This document shows positions 1 to 8,145 of a stretch of 46,401 nucleotides of DNA, in pieces (position 1 is the stretch's first letter; each line of letters opens with the position of its first letter). Below the pieces are notes generated by a model that was not told the origin of the DNA, made no database searches, and was given only the letters and a program-made list of their open reading frames with translations. The translations under genes were made by a program, and so were the position numbers. The stretch is from a virus, in the IMG/VR virus record IMGVR_UViG_3300037473_000190, positions 1 through 46,401 of that record. The stretch is one strand, 5' to 3'.

Positions 1-127
1 AAAAAGAACGAACCCCGGCAGCGACCGCAGCCACTCCCAGAACGTCACGTTGTCGCGCACGTCCTTCTGCGTGACCACCTGCCGATACGCGACCGGGACG
101 CCGTCCTTGTCGTTGATGAGGGTGATC
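1..127. repeat. Terminal direct repeat, copy 1 (identical to 46275..46401); circular closure overlap
   Basis: Bases 1..127 (aaaaagaacgaaccccggcagcgacc...gttgatgagggtgatc) were compared by eye and match 46275..46401 exactly. Confidence 0.95.
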
Positions 128-270
128 TTGTCGCTCTCGATGATCTTATTCGGACGAACTCCGAGCCCGACGGCCGTGCTCACCGGGTTCGGCACGAATA
201 AAAGGATGAGCCCCCCGATCACGTACGCGAGCAGCGCGACTTCCGCGACACCTTTGTTGTTACGAAGCAT
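1..270 (-). CDS. Membrane protein, 5' part of a gene that crosses the circular junction (continues at 46274 down to 46059; about 161 aa in total)
   Basis: ATG at 270..268 lies 5 nt after a GGAGGA Shine-Dalgarno. 270 nt is exactly 90 codons, and the frame runs on into track ORF 46059..46352. Hydrophobic segments: VAEVALLAYVIGGLILLFVP and LPGFVLFLMVLGAVFPPAAIVFW. Confidence 0.7.
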   Translation of the reverse strand, partial: MLRNNKGVAEVALLAYVIGGLILLFVPNPVSTAVGLGVRPNKIIESDKITLINDKDGVPVAYRQVVTQKDVRDNVTFWEWLRSLPGFVLF

Positions 271-282
271 GACGTCCTCCGA

Positions 283-444
283 TCAGCCGAACTTGAAAAA
301 TTCTTTGAACGCCTTCGTGAGCTTCTTGAGGAACCGATCGTCCTTTCTGGACGAGGTGTAGACGACCGCGTACGATTCCGCGATGCGCAGCACGATGAAA
401 AAGAGCACGACCCACACCGCGAATTTCCCTAAGTGATCGAGCAT
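283..444 (-). CDS. Small membrane protein (53 aa), holin-like by size and position
   Basis: Not in the ORF track because it is under 60 aa. ATG at 444 is preceded by GGAGG. Translation: MLDHLGKFAVWVVLFFIVLRIAESYAVVYTSSRKDDRFLKKLTKAFKEFFKFG, one TM segment plus a basic tail. Confidence 0.55.
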   Translation of the reverse strand: MLDHLGKFAVWVVLFFIVLRIAESYAVVYTSSRKDDRFLKKLTKAFKEFFKFG

Positions 445-455
445 GAGAACCTCCG

Positions 456-764
456 TTATAGGTCTTCCTGTGAAACGTCGAACCCGCTTTTTTGGAGTAG
501 CTTAAGCAACGCCTTCTTCATCTTGTCGAGATGATCCCACATGACCTTACGTTCCCGGTCGACTTCCTTCATTCGCTCCGTCGCCGCCGTGATCGTGAAG
601 CATCCGCTTGCGAAGCTGTCGACCTTGCCCTCAAGCGCCCCGAGCCGGGTGATGATCGTCTCGAACTTCCCCACGAGTTTGCCCGCGAAAAAAATGATCG
701 GAATCAAAAAGATCGCGAGACACAAAGCCATTGAGAGAAGCTGAATCCAATTCGACGGGGTCAT
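456..764 (-). CDS. N-terminally membrane-anchored coiled-coil protein (i-spanin- or holin-like)
   Basis: Track ORF of 102 aa with GGAGGAG upstream of the ATG at 764. TM segment LSMALCLAIFLIPIIFFAG is followed by a charged helical region. Confidence 0.6.
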   Translation of the reverse strand: MTPSNWIQLLSMALCLAIFLIPIIFFAGKLVGKFETIITRLGALEGKVDSFASGCFTITAATERMKEVDRERKVMWDHLDKMKKALLKLLQKSGFDVSQEDL

Positions 765-765
765 G

Positions 766-1143
766 TCACTCCTCCGCTTTCGGGTTTTCGGCCTTGACCT
801 TCTCCGCGTGCTCGATCTCGGCCTCCATTTCGGGCCCGATGTCGATCCCGGCTTCCTTGATCCTCGCGAAGCCCTTCCGCATGGCGTCCACGACGTCGCC
901 GAGCGGGTGATACGCGGCCGCGCGGGCGGGCACGTGGGCGACCTTCTCCTGGGCCGCCTCGAGCTCGGCGATCGCCTCGAGCACTTCCTTCTCGTCGGGC
1001 ACCTTGCGGCCGGCTTTTTCTTCCCGCCACTCGGTGATGATGACGATGCCCGGCACTTCCTGCCGGAACGCCGCGATGCCCAGGCCGAACTTCCGGTTGA
1101 TCGCTTCCGCGACGAGATGCGCCTTTTCGGTTCTGATCGTCAT
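766..1143 (-). CDS. Hypothetical acidic protein (125 aa)
   Basis: The internal ATG at 1143 (MTIRTEK...) forms an ATGA overlap with the stop of the upstream fibre gene. The longer track ORF start at 1179 would overlap that gene. Confidence 0.6.
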   Translation of the reverse strand: MTIRTEKAHLVAEAINRKFGLGIAAFRQEVPGIVIITEWREEKAGRKVPDEKEVLEAIAELEAAQEKVAHVPARAAAYHPLGDVVDAMRKGFARIKEAGIDIGPEMEAEIEHAEKVKAENPKAEE

Positions 1144-2135
1144 AAATAAACTTTCCTCCACTCTTTGACACGGATCCACGAAAACAAGGTGCCGTTGTAG
1201 AGCTGCGAGCCGTTCGCGCCGCCGAGGTAGTTCGTGGCGCCGCCGTCACCGCCGAAGCGCACGGTGTACTTGACCTTCGCGGTCGACGTCGGCACCGCGC
1301 CCTTGTAAGAGAACGCCACGGGCACGGCCTGGTTCGCGCCCACAATATACCCCTGCCCGCACGCGATCGCGTCGGCCGTCGTGTCTTGGAATAACGCCGC
1401 GACGATCGTCGACGCGCCGTTCGCGGACGCCATGAGAACACCGTCGATCTCTACGGTGTTCCCGGTGTCGGTGAACATGACACCGTCGAGCGTGAGTCCG
1501 AGATCTCCCTCGCCGATCTGCGGCTTCGTGTTGTCTTTCGGAATCGCGACCGATCCCGTGATGAGCGCCGCGTCGCGCGCGTCGATCGTCTGGACGCAAA
1601 CCTCTCCGACGAAAGACACGACCGAATTCGCGAGCACGTTGCCGCTAGAGTCCGTCGCGAACTTCCCGACGAGGCCGTACCGCGTGCTCGAGGCGGGCAG
1701 CGAAGCCGATTCCGACACCTTGAACGTGACCGTCGTCGCGAGCGCGTCGGCGATCGCCCAAACGTAATAGACCTTCGAGTTGCCGAACGACGCGGAGCCG
1801 GTGTCGAGCATCGTCCCGTCGATCGCCGTCGTCGACGTGTTCTTCCTCGCGACGCGCTGCGTGCCGCCCGCGTTCGTGCAAACGATCTCGCCCGCCGAGG
1901 CGGTCACGACCGTCGTGCTCGTCCACACGAGACGGAAGCTCTGCCGCGCCTTTCGGATGAACTCGAGGTAATCGATCGAGGACGCCTGCGTGAGCCCCGA
2001 CCCGATCATCCCGACGAGCGTCGCGAGTGCCGAGATCTCGTCGTTCGGGGTGTTCTGATGCTCTGCCAGAATGTCATCGAGATCATCGATGAGGACCGTA
2101 AAGACCGGGACCGTTGCCGGAATCGCTGCCGCCAT
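1140..2135 (-). CDS. Tail fibre / receptor-binding protein candidate (331 aa)
   Basis: It is the last large gene of the tail module. Composition is rich in Gly, Ser, Thr and Ala and predicts beta structure. No enzymatic motifs were seen. Confidence 0.5.
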   Translation of the reverse strand: MAAAIPATVPVFTVLIDDLDDILAEHQNTPNDEISALATLVGMIGSGLTQASSIDYLEFIRKARQSFRLVWTSTTVVTASAGEIVCTNAGGTQRVARKNTSTTAIDGTMLDTGSASFGNSKVYYVWAIADALATTVTFKVSESASLPASSTRYGLVGKFATDSSGNVLANSVVSFVGEVCVQTIDARDAALITGSVAIPKDNTKPQIGEGDLGLTLDGVMFTDTGNTVEIDGVLMASANGASTIVAALFQDTTADAIACGQGYIVGANQAVPVAFSYKGAVPTSTAKVKYTVRFGGDGGATNYLGGANGSQLYNGTLFSWIRVKEWRKVYL

Positions 2136-2138
2136 GAC

Positions 2139-3362
2139 TTATCTCCTTTGAAGGTTGCGGATCTCGAACTCGACGCGCTTCTGCTGATCGCCGAGATTCG
2201 GCACGTCGCCCTGTAGCGTCACTTCGGCGTACATGCCGCCGTTCTGAATTTTATAACGGATCGCCGAGATCTGATCGCGCTTCAAATTGCCGTACTGGTT
2301 CGTGCGGCCGTACTTGTGGGTGTGGCCGTACTTTTTGATCGCGCTGAACATGTCGGTGTTGATCGCCGTCGCCCCGAGCGGCGTCGTGAGCTCGATGAAC
2401 GGATCGACGAGGACGAGCCGCGCCTTGATGCTGCGCGTCGACGATGCGAGCTTCTTTAAAATGACGGTGCCGTAACGGTTGGCGTCCGAGACTTCGGTGA
2501 TCGCCGATTCGAATACGTTGTCGGTGCGCGTGCCGAAGGTGTTGACCGAAAGCTGCGCCGACAAGGTGACGAGCGGCTCCGTGCCGTCCTGCCCGAACAC
2601 GCGAAGGGTGTTCGTGACCGGCTCGTCGTTTCGGTCCTCCTCCCACGATTCCACCTCGCGGCCCTTGACCCACACCCGGCGCACAATCGGATCGGTGCGC
2701 TTGAAATAGAATTTTTTGTTCCTGTCGACGCCCCACTCCACCGACCCCGCGAGATCCGCGAGGAACGCGAACGCGTCCTTCACGGTATGGTTGAACGTGA
2801 TCGAGCTCACCGAGTAATCCGTGACCTCAATGTCTGCCGCGTCGTACGTGATCTCCGAGCCCGGCACGACCGTCGAATCCAGTATCGACTTCACGATCGC
2901 CGACACCTCCATGCCCTCGAACGTGTCCGACACGATCATCTTCGCGAGGTCGAGGATGTATCCGTAGCACGTGAGAATGACGGCCTCTTTCCCCGGCTCC
3001 GTGCGGCGCTTCACGCGCAGAAGCTTCCCGGTGTACCGGAGCACACCGTTCACGTAAAGCTTGATCGAAGACTTCGGCGGGATATACGCCTTCAAGAATT
3101 CGTGATCGCGCGCGATCTCGATGATCGCCTGCCCGCAGCCGCCGTTCCGGTTGAAGTCGTAATCGGCGATCGCGACCCGCTCGAGCGCATAACGCAGGTT
3201 CCCGAAGTTGTCAAAAAGGTGAATCCAGTACGTCGAGACCGGCCGCGCGCGCGTGACGATCGGCAGCGGGTTGTCCATGCCGAACTGCACGAACGCGCGC
3301 GGTTCGAAATAATCTCCGTTTTGGCGGTTGCCGACCGCCCCGTACTCTTGGCGCAGGATCAT
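2139..3362 (-). CDS. Tail tip / baseplate hub-like structural protein (407 aa)
   Basis: The real start is MILRQEYG at 3362, in an ATGA overlap with the stop of the upstream gene. The remainder of the 777-aa track ORF upstream is R/G/D/H-rich out-of-frame read-through. The call rests on position in the tail module. Confidence 0.6.
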   Translation of the reverse strand: MILRQEYGAVGNRQNGDYFEPRAFVQFGMDNPLPIVTRARPVSTYWIHLFDNFGNLRYALERVAIADYDFNRNGGCGQAIIEIARDHEFLKAYIPPKSSIKLYVNGVLRYTGKLLRVKRRTEPGKEAVILTCYGYILDLAKMIVSDTFEGMEVSAIVKSILDSTVVPGSEITYDAADIEVTDYSVSSITFNHTVKDAFAFLADLAGSVEWGVDRNKKFYFKRTDPIVRRVWVKGREVESWEEDRNDEPVTNTLRVFGQDGTEPLVTLSAQLSVNTFGTRTDNVFESAITEVSDANRYGTVILKKLASSTRSIKARLVLVDPFIELTTPLGATAINTDMFSAIKKYGHTHKYGRTNQYGNLKRDQISAIRYKIQNGGMYAEVTLQGDVPNLGDQQKRVEFEIRNLQRR

Positions 3363-4393
3363 GCGGTAGGGTTCGTCACGACGACGACGCCGTATCCTTT
3401 CGAGTTCGTGGACGTGAATTTCAAGGCGACCACGTCGCCGTTCAGATCTCCCGACGCGAGCGAGATCTTGTACCACCCGCCCGACACTTCCGAAACGGCG
3501 TTCGCGCACGCGCCGAAGACCGCACCGTCGAGCGATCGCTGCGCGGTGACGCTTTCCCCGGCGACACCGTTGCCGCTCGAGTCCGCGAGGAAGAACATGA
3601 AGTTCGTGAACGCGGTGTTCTTCTTGAGGCGCATCGGCATGAGGTTCTGCTTCTCGCCCATGGACCCGGAAGCCGTGTACGTCGCGGCCGCAGCGTTCCA
3701 ACACGCCGCCGCGATCTCGGTGAGGGCGTCGGCCGCGAGGGCGTCGGCATCGATCGCGTCCGTGGCGATCTTCGCCGCCGTGATCGCGCCGTTGGCGATC
3801 TGAGAAGCTCCGATCGCGTCCGTGGCAATTTTTGCGGCCGTGAGCGCGTTCGCTGCGATCGCTCCGGCGTCGATCGCGTTGTCCGCGATGACGGCCGCCG
3901 TGATCACGTCGGTCGTCATGCCGACCACGTTCACGTCGACGCGTCCGTTCTGCGGTTGGTTGATCTGCCCCGCGCCAGTCCCGCGCGTGTACAACCCGCC
4001 AGCCGCTTCTGCGGCCGCGTTCGGAAGCGCCGTGAGGCCCGCGCGCACCGCGTCGTTCAGATCCACCGCGTGCCGCGCCGAGGCGTTGCCATAGGTGTGG
4101 ATGATGAGCGCCTGGTCCTCGATCGCCTTCGTGGCCGCGTCGATGCAGGTGATGACAACTTCCGCGGACTGCAGCTCTGTCGCGGCGATCACGAGCGTCC
4201 AGATCGCGCCGTTGCCCATGACGAGGGCGGCCGGGTTGTTGACGGTGTTCTGCGCGCCGCCGCCGTCCCGCGTGATCTTCGTGTCCCCGGCGACCGGCGT
4301 GTAATCCGCGCCCACCGCGAAATTGTTCGACCCGGCCTTGATGAGAGGAATGCGGACCGTGAGAGCCGTTCCGTACTTTGCGAGAATGATCAT
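3359..4393 (-). CDS. Tail fibre protein with tandem 20-aa Ala-rich repeats
   Basis: ATG at 4393 (MIILAKYG) forms an ATGA overlap with the LamG gene stop. Repeats of the form ...TAAKIATDAI... are encoded by 60-bp DNA repeats at 3751..3790 and 3811..3850. Confidence 0.65.
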   Translation of the reverse strand: MIILAKYGTALTVRIPLIKAGSNNFAVGADYTPVAGDTKITRDGGGAQNTVNNPAALVMGNGAIWTLVIAATELQSAEVVITCIDAATKAIEDQALIIHTYGNASARHAVDLNDAVRAGLTALPNAAAEAAGGLYTRGTGAGQINQPQNGRVDVNVVGMTTDVITAAVIADNAIDAGAIAANALTAAKIATDAIGASQIANGAITAAKIATDAIDADALAADALTEIAAACWNAAAATYTASGSMGEKQNLMPMRLKKNTAFTNFMFFLADSSGNGVAGESVTAQRSLDGAVFGACANAVSEVSGGWYKISLASGDLNGDVVALKFTSTNSKGYGVVVVTNPTA

Positions 4394-5199
4394 ACACACG
4401 CTCCTTTAAGCCCGAATCCGGGGACGATGATTTTTCTGTCGGGCATCCAGAGCCCGTTCTTTGCTTTTTCAAATTTCTCTTTCGCGTATCGCATTACGCC
4501 ACGGCCGACGCCGCGCGGGAAGTTTCTTTCCGGCAGCGTCGTGGACGCCGACCCGCTCGAATACGGCGAAGTCTCCGGGGTAAAATTGCTTCCGCTATAC
4601 CGCGAAATATCCGAGGCCCGGTACTCCTGCATGTGACCGTTCACCGCGCGATCCGCAAGCGAATGCGTGTCGCCGATCGAAAGCCCGCTCGAGCTGCCGG
4701 ATATATTTTCGGTGCTCGCCTGCCCCGCGCCGAGACTTGTACCGCCGACGTACGCGTAAAGATTCCCGTTATAACGCTCATGCGCGAAGTGATACCACGT
4801 CCCGGTCGACGGCGACCACGTCCAGTTCCTCGGGGAGTTGTTGACGTACACCTGCAGCGTCGTGCCGGAAAGTTGGATAAGAAAACCCGCCGACGAATAC
4901 GTTCCCCACTCCGTGAAGCAGCAAAGCCCGGATGCGAGACTTACGAAATAAACCCAAAAATCAACGGTGTAATTTCCGGTCCCGACGTCGAGCGCCGCGA
5001 AGTCTGCCGTGTGAACGCGATCACCCGAGCCGTCCAGAAGAAGCGACGAACCGTTGAACTTGGACTGAGCCGTCGACGTCTGCGCGTTGCCGACGCCCGA
5101 GAACGACAGCGCGTACTGCGACGCATCCGGGAAGGACGTGCCACCGTTCGTTCCGTTTAAGTGCAAACACGCAATAGCGTTTACGTCGATGCCTGCCAT
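4390..5199 (-). CDS. LamG / concanavalin-A-like lectin domain tail protein
   Basis: The pattern LHLNGTNGGTSFPDAS...FSGVGNAQTSTAQSKFNGSSLLLDGSGDRV...DFTVDFWVY is typical of Laminin_G_3-type jelly-roll domains found in phage baseplates. Confidence 0.6.
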   Translation of the reverse strand: MAGIDVNAIACLHLNGTNGGTSFPDASQYALSFSGVGNAQTSTAQSKFNGSSLLLDGSGDRVHTADFAALDVGTGNYTVDFWVYFVSLASGLCCFTEWGTYSSAGFLIQLSGTTLQVYVNNSPRNWTWSPSTGTWYHFAHERYNGNLYAYVGGTSLGAGQASTENISGSSSGLSIGDTHSLADRAVNGHMQEYRASDISRYSGSNFTPETSPYSSGSASTTLPERNFPRGVGRGVMRYAKEKFEKAKNGLWMPDRKIIVPGFGLKGACV

Positions 5200-5979
5200 T
5201 TAAATGTACCACCTGTCGCGGTTCGTGATCGTGTACCCGAGTGTGGCGGCATTGATGACGAGCTGATTCACGCCGCCGTCCTCGATCGCGAAGAAAAGGT
5301 TCCCCGAGAAGTACGAGATCGCGTCGACCATTGTGAGCCCGACCTGCAGGAGCACGCACCCCGCGTCGCAGTCGATGACGAGCGTCTGCCCGGCCAGGAA
5401 CGGCCCCGCCCACGCAAACCAGTGCGAGTTCCCGAGGTTCTCGACGCGAAGATCGTTCGAGAACGGCCACGTGCCGCCGACGAACGTGAACACCGGGTTC
5501 GTCGCATAATTGCCGTTGTTCACGACCTGCTCGAGCGCGGAATTGTTCGTGCGCGTCCCGGTCTGCGAACGCTGCGTGTCGCTCTCGGAAAAAGGCCGCT
5601 CGGCGATCATGACCGCCTCGACGTTGTACATGTTGCCGTAGAGCCCCGGCTCGAACATCGCCGCGATGCCGTCGCCCGCGAGGCGCACCTGCGGGACGTA
5701 CCGATCGCCCTCATATCTGAAATTCGCGGCCTCGCCGCCGTTGTGCAGCGCGCGCTTCAAGGTGTTGATTTCGTTGAGGACACTTCCGTGATCCTCGCCG
5801 TACACGCGGCCACGGATGATGAACCGCTTCGGCCGGAGGTATCCGTTCAAGACCGACCCGCCGTCGCGCCGACGAATGTCTGCGGCCGGCGTGTCGAGCC
5901 CGAGCTCATGCCCGAGGATCTCGAACGTCTGGTTCGGGAAAGCGAAGGTGCCGAATTGAAGTGTGAAAATTGCCGCCAC
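5200..5979 (-). CDS. Distal tail protein (Dit-like, siphovirus tail component)
   Basis: It lies immediately downstream of the tape measure gene (TAA then ATG, adjacent). Size is 259 aa, and the N-terminal pattern F.F.....F.IL......P..D....R.GG resembles Sipho_tail proteins. Confidence 0.6.
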   Translation of the reverse strand: MAAIFTLQFGTFAFPNQTFEILGHELGLDTPAADIRRRDGGSVLNGYLRPKRFIIRGRVYGEDHGSVLNEINTLKRALHNGGEAANFRYEGDRYVPQVRLAGDGIAAMFEPGLYGNMYNVEAVMIAERPFSESDTQRSQTGTRTNNSALEQVVNNGNYATNPVFTFVGGTWPFSNDLRVENLGNSHWFAWAGPFLAGQTLVIDCDAGCVLLQVGLTMVDAISYFSGNLFFAIEDGGVNQLVINAATLGYTITNRDRWYI

Positions 5980-7518
5980 TTAGACGCTCCTCGTTCTGCG
6001 TTCGACTTCGAGCGCCACCATTTCAGCGGTGCCGCGCGGGTCCTGCGATTCGAAGACGTTGATTTTGATGTTGCGAGGCGCCATGGACTTGATCGCGTCG
6101 AAGAACTTCCCGATCGGGGACACGATCTCGTTCGGGTGAATGATCGCCGGAATGCCGGTCTCGCCCATGGGCCCCGTCGTCATGACCCCGTTTGCGGCCG
6201 AAAGGAGCCCCGCCCGGGCCGATACGCCGCCCGCCCGCATGGACACGCCGCCCTGGGACAGGAACGGCAAGCCAAAGCCGCCCCCGGCCGCTTTCAAGGC
6301 CATGAAGACCATCCACTTTGCGATCATCTCGCCGATCGCCTTGAGGACCGCCATTTTCATGTCCTCCCACAAACCCTTGATCGCGTCGCCGAAGCTCTTG
6401 CCGTGACCGATCATCTCCGCGAAGGCGCTGCCGAAGCTCGTCGTGAAAGTCGTCATCGAGACTTTCCAAACGTTTTGAATGCTCTGCGCCATGTCCAGAA
6501 AATCTTTATTGAACTTCTTGATGTCCTCGCCTGCGCGGCCGATGTCGCCCTTGTAAAAATTTTCGGGCGCGCGCATCTGGGCGTCTTCCGCGCCCATGTT
6601 GGAAAGAGAATTTTTGTTGTCGAAGAACTGCGGCGGCTTCTTTTCGGGGACGCTCGCCTCCTGCCCGCCTTCGGGAAGCCCGAGCGACCGCATGAAATTC
6701 GCCCGGCCCGAATTCTCGACGGGCCCCTTCTCCGCGCCGAACATGAGGGCTTCGAGCTGATCCTTGAGTGCTGCGAGCTTATCGAAATTCCCCTTCCACT
6801 CGGTGATCATGTTGTTGAGCGACAATGCCGACAACGTCATGAACCCGGACGCAAAGCCCTTCCACGCGTCCTTCGCCTTGTCCGCGCGGGCGGCGAACTG
6901 GTCGAGCCCCTTGTTCATGCCGAGCTTCTTCGCTTGATCGTCAAGGTTCTTGAGCTCCTGCGACCCCGCGCGGAAGAAGTTCGCGTTCTCCACGAACGAC
7001 CGCCCGAGCAGCTTCTGCCCGATCGCCATGACGGCCGCCTCGTCCTTCATGCCGCGAAGCCGGTCCGACACTTCCTTCATGACGTCGTTGTAATGCCGGA
7101 GCGATCCGTCGGTGTTGCGGATCTCGATGCCGAGCTGGTTGAAAAGGTGCTGCGCTTCCTTGTTCCCGGTCGAGGCCTCGAACATGTTCCGCGAGAGGGT
7201 GCGGAACCCGGTGATGATGCCTTCCATGGATGAATCGGTCTGCTCGGCGGCGAACTTGAGGCGGGCGATTTCCTGCGCGGCGAGGCCCGTCGTCTTCGAA
7301 AGGCGGTTCAACTCGTCGCCGTAATTCACGGCCGACGTGATGACCTTCGTGAACCCGGCGGCGAGAGCGAAGAAGCTCACGCCGCCGAGGATGTCGTCCA
7401 TTTTTCCGGCAAACCCCTGGACGCTCGATTCGGACTTCTGCAGCTCTTTGTTGAGCTCCGTCGAGTCCGCGCCGATTCTTACGACGAGCCGTCCGAGATC
7501 TCCGACACCCATGACCAT
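5980..7518 (-). CDS. Tail tape measure protein (512 aa)
   Basis: The N-terminal region (GDELNRLSKTTGLAAQEIARLKFAAEQTDSSMEGIITGFRTLSRNM...) resembles the TP901-type tape-measure core. There are Gly- and Met-rich hydrophobic stretches. It follows the G/GT chaperone pair. Confidence 0.85.
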   Translation of the reverse strand: MVMGVGDLGRLVVRIGADSTELNKELQKSESSVQGFAGKMDDILGGVSFFALAAGFTKVITSAVNYGDELNRLSKTTGLAAQEIARLKFAAEQTDSSMEGIITGFRTLSRNMFEASTGNKEAQHLFNQLGIEIRNTDGSLRHYNDVMKEVSDRLRGMKDEAAVMAIGQKLLGRSFVENANFFRAGSQELKNLDDQAKKLGMNKGLDQFAARADKAKDAWKGFASGFMTLSALSLNNMITEWKGNFDKLAALKDQLEALMFGAEKGPVENSGRANFMRSLGLPEGGQEASVPEKKPPQFFDNKNSLSNMGAEDAQMRAPENFYKGDIGRAGEDIKKFNKDFLDMAQSIQNVWKVSMTTFTTSFGSAFAEMIGHGKSFGDAIKGLWEDMKMAVLKAIGEMIAKWMVFMALKAAGGGFGLPFLSQGGVSMRAGGVSARAGLLSAANGVMTTGPMGETGIPAIIHPNEIVSPIGKFFDAIKSMAPRNIKINVFESQDPRGTAEMVALEVERRTRSV

Positions 7519-8116
7519 TAGACCGCGTCCTCCATGATGCCCAACCCTTTAAGGATCTCCGCGCCGCCGTCCTCGATCGTCACGACCGTCGGTCTCGTCC
7601 AACCGTTCGCGATCGCCCACACGAGCTTGGCCTGGTCCTCGAGGCGGTCGAACTGCGCCGCCTGCAGGTGACGGTGCATGAGCATGACCTCTTGATAGCT
7701 CATGGACTTCGCGACCTGCCGCGGCGACCTGCCTGTCGCCGCCGCGACCTCTGAGACGATTCGCGGGAGCGTTACGCCTTTTGATCGAACATGCTGTTGA
7801 GGCGACGCACCCTTTGCAATAAAAAATCGAGGCCGTTCTGCTTCCACACCTTCGTGAAAGCTTCGACGATCTCGACGAGCACGGACTTCGTGCGGATCTC
7901 CTGCTCATCGATGCCCGTCGCCTTGGCGCACACGCGCACCATGACGTCGAACATCGGCTTCATGCCCTTCTCGTTCGCGGCCGCGACGTAGATGTCGACG
8001 ACCTCGATCTGAGCGTCCATGGACATTTGCTCGACCCGGATCTCCCGGCCTGCGAGCTTCACGTCCACGGGCTGCCCCATGATGACTTCCATTTCGGACT
8101 CGCTGTTGCTTTTCAT
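7518..8116 (-). CDS. Tail assembly chaperone G-T fusion made by a -1 programmed frameshift at 7820..7826
   Basis: ORF 7518..7847 is in the -1 frame relative to 7772..8116 and overlaps it. It has no SD or start of its own downstream of the slip site. This is the conserved siphovirus arrangement. Confidence 0.7.
7772..8116 (-). CDS. Tail assembly chaperone (gpG-like)
   Basis: 114-aa ORF between the major tail protein and the tape measure. It contains the slippery heptamer near its 3' end. Confidence 0.75.
   Translation of the reverse strand: MKSNSESEMEVIMGQPVDVKLAGREIRVEQMSMDAQIEVVDIYVAAANEKGMKPMFDVMVRVCAKATGIDEQEIRTKSVLVEIVEAFTKVWKQNGLDFLLQRVRRLNSMFDQKA
7820..7826 (-). promoter_or_regulatory. 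-1 ribosomal frameshift slippery heptamer T TTT TTA
   Basis: The minus strand reads GAT TTT TTA TTG in the G frame. After a -1 slip it reads TTT TTT ATT GCA, which is the frame of ORF 7518..7847 (…RFFIAKG…). Confidence 0.75.
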
Positions 8117-8145
8117 CTCGTCCTCGCTTGTTGTTCGGTTTTTCT

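Noticed and set aside
1-127. Reading the 127-bp end repeat as a biological direct terminal repeat or an LTR-like element.
   Set aside because: A gene reads through the junction in frame, and 127 nt equals a common assembler k-mer. A circular-assembly overlap is therefore more likely, although a real short DTR cannot be excluded without reads.
3700-3900. A diversity-generating retroelement (template and variable repeat) behind the fibre-gene repeats.
   Set aside because: No reverse transcriptase gene exists in the genome. The repeats are adjacent, in-frame 60-bp tandem units inside one gene, not a separated TR/VR pair with adenine-specific differences.
3363-4472. The N-terminal 370 aa of the 777-aa track ORF 2139..4472.
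   Set aside because: This part is an R/G/D/H-rich low-complexity translation. It overlaps, out of frame, a well-behaved fibre gene (3359..4393). The true start, MILRQEYG at 3362, sits in an ATGA overlap.
5161-7233. Long plus-strand ORFs, for example 5161..7233 (690 aa), 15613..17916 (767 aa), 19488..22151 (887 aa), 41777..43144 (455 aa) and many shorter ones.
   Set aside because: Their translations are dominated by R, H, D, E, L and P with no recognisable motifs. They lie antisense to minus-strand genes that have clear motifs and SD sequences. This is typical shadow-ORF behaviour in GC-rich DNA.
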